A stretch of 61,789 nucleotides of DNA, filler included, from Sanchytrium tribonematis (lineage: Eukaryota), in NCBI GenBank assembly GCA_018985235.1. It is 9 parts of 9 records of this genome, joined end to end, with 100 filler letters (N's around TTAATTAATTAA, not from the genome) between each part and the next. Parts side by side here need not be neighbours in the genome. Positions count along the whole stretch, not along the records: positions 55,087 to 61,789 come from JADGIG010000500.1; 8 more parts are not named here. One strand, written 5' to 3'. Positions within the stretch are counted from its first letter, which is position 1. Each line of letters opens with the position of its first letter. Below are positions 55,150 through 61,789 of the stretch, in pieces. Both the position numbers and the translations under genes were made by a program. The notes beneath the pieces were generated by a model, which was not told the origin of the DNA, made no database searches, and worked only from the letters and a program-made list of their open reading frames with translations.

Positions 55150-56412
55150 TTAATAATTTGTGCATTTGAATTTTTCTTCAAACCATCCACTCACAGAGGT
55201 ATCTACTTTCTTGCTAGTCGGTATTCCATTTTTCTTCCAGCAATTATTGTTTGATTTTGTAAAAGTCCAACTAAAACAACTCTGATCCTCGAAACATTTT
55301 AGGATACACTCGTCTAGAGTGCTTACAAAGTTTTCGTAATCACTTCCTGTTAGATCTAAATTTTTTCGGATCAAGAATTGACGTTCAATTCCTTCTGAAT
55401 TTTTGATTGTTTTAAAAGTTTCTAATTCATCAGATTGACGCAACATAGGATCTTTCTTTACAACCCAATTAAATATCTGACCCATATTAACTTCCGCACC
55501 GTATCCATCGTTCTTCTGTATCTCAGATTCTAGCTCATGTAGTAATTGGATTTGAAACGGAAACAAATGATGGAATGTAAATGGCTTGTCGCAAGGACTG
55601 CTAAACTTGACTTTTTGGACAGGGCTACCATGGAAGTCGTTTCTAGAAGCCATTCTATCCAAAAGTATTCCTGCATCTCTTAAACATAAAGCCACTCGAA
55701 TGTCTCCAGCCCAACACTTGCCATATTTATTAGTGCAGGATTCTTCCAATGGAACCAATTTATCCAGTGCAACGCGATTAATAACTATTCCAGAACCACC
55801 ATGTGCAAATAAGGGTCCATCTCCCAATCTCTTTACACCATCGCATCCTCTAAAGTGGTTTGCTGCACCTAAATAATACGCTTCATGTGGACTTAGGGTT
55901 TTTAAATGATTAATTAAATTATTTTTGAACAGATAAGTGTCATCGTCGATCATGATAAACCATTTAGAAGAAGGATAATCAATTTGTAGCTTCTTGAAGC
56001 CTGGGTAATTTTTAAAAGCATCTAATTTCCACCCTTCATTGTTTTCATTCGGTTTCTGCTCGTCTTTGGCGACACTGTCTACGTGTCTATTTTTGGGGTA
56101 TGTTTTTCTTTGATGTGTCGATGGTAAAATATTAAAAACTTTGTGATCTCCAATTAATTCGTCATAATCGCTAATAATTAAGGGATTTTCATTATTTAAA
56201 AATGTCATAAGTTGAACTGGGACCCTTTCTAGACTTGTCTCCATCCCGGTCTTTAGACAAATAGCCAAATAATCATCTGAATTGATACTTGGCCTTAATG
56301 ACCTTAATTTTTTGGTCAAATTCGTCGGCTTCAAAACGATCAACAAATATACAACGAATATGGATATGGAAACTAGCTGTAAATTTGAAGATCTCAATTT
56401 ATAAGACGCCAT
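55150..56412 (-). CDS. GT31 (Fringe/core-1 galactosyltransferase-like) glycosyltransferase with C-terminal PAN/apple module
   Basis: Type II TM, WFIMIDDDTY, AHGGSG, GDIRVALC, TFHH; C-terminal DLTGSD..C..C....C.SWT....CWKK. Confidence 0.85.
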   Translation of the reverse strand: MASYKLRSSNLQLVSISIFVVYLLIVLKPTNLTKKLRSLRPSINSDDYLAICLKTGMETSLERVPVQLMTFLNNENPLIISDYDELIGDHKVFNILPSTHQRKTYPKNRHVDSVAKDEQKPNENNEGWKLDAFKNYPGFKKLQIDYPSSKWFIMIDDDTYLFKNNLINHLKTLSPHEAYYLGAANHFRGCDGVKRLGDGPLFAHGGSGIVINRVALDKLVPLEESCTNKYGKCWAGDIRVALCLRDAGILLDRMASRNDFHGSPVQKVKFSSPCDKPFTFHHLFPFQIQLLHELESEIQKNDGYGAEVNMGQIFNWVVKKDPMLRQSDELETFKTIKNSEGIERQFLIRKNLDLTGSDYENFVSTLDECILKCFEDQSCFSWTFTKSNNNCWKKNGIPTSKKVDTSVSGWFEEKFKCTNY

Positions 56413-56587
56413 TACTTGCGCAGGGGGTATGAGTTATATTGGAAAAGCCTGACATCTGATTGGTAGGCAAGCAATTGTTTTTCAGTACAAGCAAAGTCTA
56501 AGCTTGGCTTCTGGTGTGAATGCAAGAACTTAAACTGCGAATTACAAAATTCGGTTGCGGAAGTTAAATAGTCATAATTTTTCAAAC

Positions 56588-57226
56588 ATGGGAACAGCAG
56601 AGGACAGGAAGTTGGCGGCTGCGAAAAGAAAAGAAAAGTTTCTCAAAAATTCTGAAAATAGACTCGATAGAATTACTGGGGTGCACAAAGGAAAAAGCGA
56701 GGAAGAAATACATGAAGCTGCAAAGGCGAAAGAGGTTGAAATCGACGAGAAAGAAATTAAAGAGAAACTGCAAGCTCCACCAAAGCAAAAAAAAGCAGGC
56801 ACGATAGATGTTAATCAAAAATCCGCAGAGTTGCAGCAAATGCTACAAGCACAGCAAATGCAGAATATAAAATTATTTGGCTACGGTGGCTTGATCCTCT
56901 TAATTGCAATATTATTTGGTTATTTTTATAGCACCACTGAAGTTACAGAGTCTGTAATGACTACTCAACAGCTATTTACTAAACTAAGATACGAATCTAT
57001 TCTTTGGGATGAAGTTGTTTCGACTTTTCCCAGTTTCGGAATAATTCCAGATTTCTTCAGCGTGTTTTTTATTTTAGAACTCGCATACCATGGTGTGACT
57101 TTTTTATCGACCAAATCTGCTACCACCAATACTGTCACTGGCTTTTTAACACACTTTGGGGTAAACTTACTGAATCATATCTGCGTTTTAATTTTTTTGG
57201 TAGGAATGATATCCATGTTATACTAG
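56588..57226 (+). CDS. GET2/CAML-like tail-anchored protein insertase subunit
   Basis: AAAKRKEKFLKNSENRLDRITG (CAML RRRKLL.NSE.R..RI.G) plus three C-terminal TMs. Confidence 0.7.
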   Translation: MGTAEDRKLAAAKRKEKFLKNSENRLDRITGVHKGKSEEEIHEAAKAKEVEIDEKEIKEKLQAPPKQKKAGTIDVNQKSAELQQMLQAQQMQNIKLFGYGGLILLIAILFGYFYSTTEVTESVMTTQQLFTKLRYESILWDEVVSTFPSFGIIPDFFSVFFILELAYHGVTFLSTKSATTNTVTGFLTHFGVNLLNHICVLIFLVGMISMLY

Positions 57227-57384
57227 GTCAAAATCTGAATAAATTCTTTTGGTTTAACCGTTTTTGTCATTCAATCACATGCGCGATGATTCCAAACGTA
57301 TTGTTTGATGGTTTGGGAAAATGTGATTCACACGCCCTCACCGTGATGCTATAAGAAGCTCGAAATACCAATATTTTATACGAA

Positions 57385-58584
57385 ATGTTTGTACCTTTAG
57401 TTTTTGCCCATATGAAAATGAGTTACCCTCCCCCAAGAGGATCAGCTGAAGCTGGCTTCACTGGAAATGATATTGACTATTCGATGACTTCTCCAATTTC
57501 TGCCGATCAGTATCCTTGTAAGCATACACAAATCAGCCCAAAAATTTTACCACTGACTGCTGGTTCTTCTTTAAATGTTCAATTAGCAGGAGGTGCGCCT
57601 CACGGAGGCGGGGTTTGTCAATTTGCCTTAAGTTACGATTCTAAAACATGGATTAGTTTAATGGATGTAGAAGGACCTTGTATGATCGACTCTCTCTCAT
57701 ACCCTGTAGATATCCCTAAAAATGTACCAAATGGACAGGCTGTTTTTATGTGGGCTTGGATTAATCGCCTAGGAAATAGAGAGTACTACACCAATTGCGC
57801 TGATGTTAAAATCTCAGGATCTCAAGGAACAGATTTCAAGGGGCCTGAGCTATTAGTTGCTGACATTTTTGGCCCGACTATTCCTGAGGGTGTTGGTATT
57901 GAGAGTGTTTTGCTTCCATTGATGGCTAAAAGACCAATTATATCATTTAAAGGTGTAGTTTCGACTCCTAACCTTCCCCCAACAACAACTACGACAAAAG
58001 CTTCTACTTTTACGGCCACAACCGTCGCCCCAGTCGGCACAACTACAACCGTCCCTATCCAAACAACTTTACAAATAACAACTACTGTAGCTGTTCAACC
58101 TAGTCCAATAGAAACCCCACCCCAAGCAGACCCGACTGCCGATCCTACTTCAGATCCCACTCCGGATCCTACTCCAGATCCTACTCCAAATAATCCCATT
58201 CCTCCTTCAGGCACATGTGTTCATGGAACCATCTCATGTGTGAGCTTAACTGAATTTGCGACTTGTGTCTGGGGAAATCTAGTCCAACAGCCAATGGCAC
58301 CAGGCACAAATTGTCAACAAAATGGTAATAGCATTGCCATTGTTCATGCTGGACAAGCCCCACCGGGTGGTTTGACTGATCCAACTGGTTCTACATCAAT
58401 TGCGGAAAGTACGCCTACGGACACTCCAACTAGCCCAGATGCATGTACTTCAGGTTCTGTTACTTGTCTCGGTAATGGTGAAATTCAGTCATGCCTCAAT
58501 GGAACTCCTTTTACTAGCACGATTCCAACTGGATCAGTTTGCACACAACAAGATAGCGCAGCTGTGATATCAGTACCAGCTTAA
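57385..58584 (+). CDS. Secreted AA11-like lytic polysaccharide monooxygenase with P/T linker and two CBM19-like Cys modules
   Basis: Mature N-terminal His (HMKMSYPPPR), YPCK, APHGGGVCQFALSYD, WINRLGNREYYTNCADV; C-terminal C..G...C.....F..C..G......PGT.C repeats. Confidence 0.8.
   Translation: MFVPLVFAHMKMSYPPPRGSAEAGFTGNDIDYSMTSPISADQYPCKHTQISPKILPLTAGSSLNVQLAGGAPHGGGVCQFALSYDSKTWISLMDVEGPCMIDSLSYPVDIPKNVPNGQAVFMWAWINRLGNREYYTNCADVKISGSQGTDFKGPELLVADIFGPTIPEGVGIESVLLPLMAKRPIISFKGVVSTPNLPPTTTTTKASTFTATTVAPVGTTTTVPIQTTLQITTTVAVQPSPIETPPQADPTADPTSDPTPDPTPDPTPNNPIPPSGTCVHGTISCVSLTEFATCVWGNLVQQPMAPGTNCQQNGNSIAIVHAGQAPPGGLTDPTGSTSIAESTPTDTPTSPDACTSGSVTCLGNGEIQSCLNGTPFTSTIPTGSVCTQQDSAAVISVPA
58129..58188 (+). 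repeat. Coding 12-bp tandem repeat x5 (DPTA/DPTS/DPTP linker)
   Basis: gacccgactgcc gatcctacttca gatcccactccg gatcctactcca gatcctactcca. Confidence 0.85.
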
Positions 58585-58613
58585 CTTATAAAATACAATA
58601 AAATAGTTTAATT

Positions 58614-59945
58614 TTATTTCAAGACTGCACAAACTCTCTCCCACACTTCTTCAACGCCTGCTTCTGCATCTATTTGGAAGACTAAGTTCTTTTCACTGTA
58701 ATAATCCAAAACTGGCATAGTTTCCTTTAGAAATGTCTCAATTCTATGGTTAGCAGTATTTTCATTATCGTCAGCTCTACCACTTGTTAAACCACGGTTT
58801 AATATTCGCTTCACCAAAGTTTCTTTTGCGCATTTAAAATAAAGAACTTTTGAAATATCTAGATACCCTGAAAGAAGTTTAGCTTGCTCTACAGTTCTCG
58901 GAAAGCCATCTAAAATTATTAATGGAAATCTTTTGCATTGATTCACCTTTCCAAGAAGTAAATTCATAATAAGATCATCAGGAACAAGATCTCCTCTTGC
59001 AATAGATTCCTTAAGAAGTAGCCCAATAAAAGATTCTTTCTTGATTTCCTCTCTCAAAAGGTCACCAGTTGATATGTGACAACAAACATGATTTTTCATT
59101 ATCAAATCTGACATGGTACCTTTCCCACTTGCAGGGCCTCCAGAAAGAATAATGGTATTTCCTAAAAAGTTTAATTTTTCAACAAGAACCTGTCTAGTTA
59201 GCTGAAATATCGACTCTGCGTTTCCCTCTGAATTAATTTGAGCAAACTTATCAAATTTTTTAAAGTAAGATAAGACTGGTTCAATTCTTGTTTGAAATTT
59301 AAATATTTCAGACTTTATAGAATCTGCCTGACTGATATCAGGATATTCTAGTGTCGATTGCACCGACGAGAATTCTAAACTAAAGTTTATGGCAAAACAA
59401 CACTTTTGAACTTGTTTTTCAAATTCGACCGCATCAACTAAGTCTAGCGGATATCCTTGAATAAAAAACCCTTTTGGATTATTTTCCAAAGCCTTAACCA
59501 ATTCTGCTTTAACGAGATACAACATAATCTCAGGAGGCAGAGTGCTCCCATTCTTTGCAATGCTTTGCATCGCTGAAGCCAGAGAATCGGAAGAATGTGT
59601 TGAAATGAATTTTTGAATAACTAGCTTGGTATCAATTATCTCAAATTTAAAATCATTGGCTAACAATGTACACTGTTCACTGCACAATAAATGATTGGAA
59701 CCCAATACAAACACAATATTTTTGATGGCTGGATGTGATTTCCATAGCTCACTGTCTGCGGTATCAGGCAATGTTGCTCGACCCAACATTGACTTTTTCG
59801 ACTTTAAAGGAGAACTCCCTAATTTTTCCTTCTCAATCAATACCTTTAAGGTCTCCAATGGATTTTTGTCATCATTTTCTATAACATTGGTCAAAAATTC
59901 AGTAAGGAAAGGCCTTAAATCATGTTTTTCAATATAATCTAACAT
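58614..59945 (-). CDS. Tandem-domain adenylate kinase with N-terminal RIIa/Dpy-30-like docking domain (AK5/AK8-like)
   Basis: MLDYIEKHDLRPFL...NPLETL; degenerate first AK domain; second domain GGPASGKGT, HISTGDLLR, LDGFPR, GRADDN. Confidence 0.85.
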   Translation of the reverse strand: MLDYIEKHDLRPFLTEFLTNVIENDDKNPLETLKVLIEKEKLGSSPLKSKKSMLGRATLPDTADSELWKSHPAIKNIVFVLGSNHLLCSEQCTLLANDFKFEIIDTKLVIQKFISTHSSDSLASAMQSIAKNGSTLPPEIMLYLVKAELVKALENNPKGFFIQGYPLDLVDAVEFEKQVQKCCFAINFSLEFSSVQSTLEYPDISQADSIKSEIFKFQTRIEPVLSYFKKFDKFAQINSEGNAESIFQLTRQVLVEKLNFLGNTIILSGGPASGKGTMSDLIMKNHVCCHISTGDLLREEIKKESFIGLLLKESIARGDLVPDDLIMNLLLGKVNQCKRFPLIILDGFPRTVEQAKLLSGYLDISKVLYFKCAKETLVKRILNRGLTSGRADDNENTANHRIETFLKETMPVLDYYSEKNLVFQIDAEAGVEEVWERVCAVLK

Positions 59946-59983
59946 GACAATTATGACCTTAGAAAAAATTGAATTTACTGAAA

Positions 59984-61236
59984 TTAAGATATGGCCAAAC
60001 AGCTTAGCAAAAGCTTTCCTCTCTCAGTATTTAATGGCGAGACTATACTCTTAATTTCTTGCTTTTGCTTATTTTGTAAGAATAGCTGAAAAAAGGGATT
60101 GGCAAGAGATTCCAATAGAATGAATACCATAACATCTTTCCATAAAGTGTCCTTTAGCCGAATTGAATTTTGAAGGCTGTATTTGAAAAACTCGTAATTG
60201 AGTTCGGTATTTTTGCTTTCAAAATGTTTAAAAAGCTGTAAAATATTGCTAGTTGTAAATACTAAGCTACATGAGCAATCAATCACTTTTTTTGCAAAGC
60301 TTTCTTCACTTTGTGCGTGCCATACGACTCGTCGCTATTCAAAATTACTTTAATTGATAGTGTCGAATTGTTTTTTCGTATAATATGCTTATAAATTAAG
60401 TCACTTTGCTCCCTGCTTAGTTCGATTTTGCCCTTTGAAAGATATTTACTAAGAGCTGACTCAAAAACTTGAATAAACATGTTGTCTTTGTGTTGGTTGC
60501 TTAAAGATAAGGCTTGTCTTAATGATGTATCAAAAGTTGATTCATCCAGTCCCTGGCACATCAAACTCATCACAAATTCGAGATTCCTTGGAAGTCCGAG
60601 AATCAAGTTGCTAAAACATTTTAGAACTTTCAAATTGTCTGCTGCAAGAAGGCTAGAAAATAATTGTTTTAGTTGTTCCTTAATACATAAATGTTCGATC
60701 CAATATTGTGTCAATTCGGAACAATGGATATTTATGAATTTTCTCATCTTTTCATTATTCAAAATATTGTAAACTGTTGTCAATTCACCGCTTCTAAGTA
60801 TTTCCTCATAAATAATAATCCAATGTCTGAGGAACGTAGGTGTATTGATATCAATAAGGTCATTCAATGCGAAATTCAAAATTAGATTAGCTGATGATTT
60901 CTGGTATACATCTAAAAAAGGATACAAATCATACTGCTTGTAATGATTGATGATATTTGTGATTTCGGCACTTGAAAATTCAAGAAAAATTTGTGGAAAT
61001 TTATGTAAAATAAATTGAAAAACCAGTGGTTTGTTTACAGCTGATACTAGTAACTTGGTTGTTTTGATTTTTCTCTCTTCATCCATGTCTTCAAGGACTT
61101 TCTGCAAAACTTTTACTTGTTCATCAGCCTTGTATGAATGAAATTCATGTTGGACTACTTGATATAGAGTATTAATCCTCTTCTCACTAAAGTTAGGAAT
61201 AAATTCTAAAAATTCTTGAATAATTGTAGAATTCAT
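59984..61236 (-). CDS. Hypothetical helical-repeat protein; probably 2 exons 61236-60287 and 60266-59984
   Basis: Two abutting ORFs of similar composition are joined in frame by a 20-nt GT-AG intron. Confidence 0.6.
60267..60286 (-). other. Putative 20-nt intron (gtgattgattgctcatgtag)
   Basis: GT-AG with T at +5 and CTCAT branch A at -6, as in the 19-nt set. A homopolymer error in the adjacent A7 run is an alternative. Confidence 0.6.
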
Positions 61237-61257
61237 TGATAAAGTGGCTGATTTGAA

Positions 61258-61789
61258 ATGTCTTCAAATGTGTCAAATGTAGAAGTAGAAAATCATCAAG
61301 AAATCTCAGCAGAAAACAAGAATCTAAGCAGCGAAATAGCGGGATCGCGCTCTAAGTCAGAAGTTCAGATTGAAATTATTGAAACTGTCAAATCTTCAAA
61401 AATCGAGGATGAGACTATCAACTTGGAAACAGAAGCAATTGCTGTTGTCGAAAACCAGGTTCAGATCGTCGTTGATAGTATTCCTATCGTTAGTTCTGAT
61501 AAATTAAATAAGTCACCGAGTTCGTCAAGTATCAATTCAGCTCACTCAAACAAAGATTTAGATTTGAAAAAATCCATTAGTCATAGTAGTGTAAAATCTG
61601 CAAAAGAAAACGTAGAGTTACAAGAACCTGTACATATATCCACGGTTCCCCTTACTAATGATTTAAAAGAATCTATTAAATCTGTTAGTGTCGTACAGTT
61701 AGAAGTAAAAGAAACTATTCAGAATCCAGTACCGATTTCAACCAACTTAGAAATAAAACCAGCGGAAGAACCGAAGAAAAATAGCATCA
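61258..61789 (+). CDS. Low-complexity E/S/K-rich protein N-terminus (3' partial)
   Basis: Hand translation from ATG 61258: MSSNVSNVEVENHQEISAENK..., apparently open to the window end. Not in the ORF track. Confidence 0.7.
   Translation, partial: MSSNVSNVEVENHQEISAENKNLSSEIAGSRSKSEVQIEIIETVKSSKIEDETINLETEAIAVVENQVQIVVDSIPIVSSDKLNKSPSSSSINSAHSNKDLDLKKSISHSSVKSAKENVELQEPVHISTVPLTNDLKESIKSVSVVQLEVKETIQNPVPISTNLEIKPAEEPKKNSI

Noticed and set aside
56414..56430. cttgcgcagggg matches the U4 5' end (and the U6 ISL on the other strand)
   Set aside because: No U4 K-turn or stem I and no U6 ACAGAGA/AGC context follow. It abuts the GT31 start codon and is explained by the AGGGG start motif.
621..60885. 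Many 60-130 aa ORFs antisense or out of frame to real genes (e.g. 1150-1422, 18221-18619, 42441-42821, 43530-43856)
   Set aside because: They are shadows of well-supported CDSs, mostly with non-ATG starts and no motifs.

Overview
This window is eukaryotic nuclear DNA from an AT-rich, extremely compact, fungus-like (holomycotan) genome. It is probably a zoosporic early-diverging lineage; a sanchytrid-like parasite is plausible but only inferred. It is not one locus. Nine contigs of about 6.7-6.8 kb, sorted by decreasing size, are joined by artificial 100-nt N44-TTAATTAATTAA-N44 spacers. About 45 genes or gene fragments are packed at 4-45 nt spacing, mostly housekeeping (COQ8, RasGEF, RPL12, SSU72, KTI12, PEX3, SEC7, RRP9, MKT1, PP2C, MIC60, OST1, SEC31, DIM1, HSP104, CDT2, SKI2 and others), plus a Merlin-type transposase relic and a Cu-ATPase pseudogene. 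The main discovery is a miniature spliceosomal intron system. Seven genes that look broken or truncated in the ORF track are each repaired by one GT-AG intron of exactly 19 nt, and an eighth by a 20-nt intron. All share a rigid consensus: 5' GTAnT (U at +5) and a branch point fused to the acceptor (YTnAYnnAG, A at -6). All lie in the last third of the CDS, the opposite of the usual 5' bias. Other notable points are an orientation-independent AGGAG/AGGGG motif next to most start codons, head-to-head genes 20-24 nt apart, 8-9 aa signal peptides, an intron-containing PEP carboxylase (an enzyme not expected in fungi), and a candidate structured ncRNA at about 8.95-9.04 kb.
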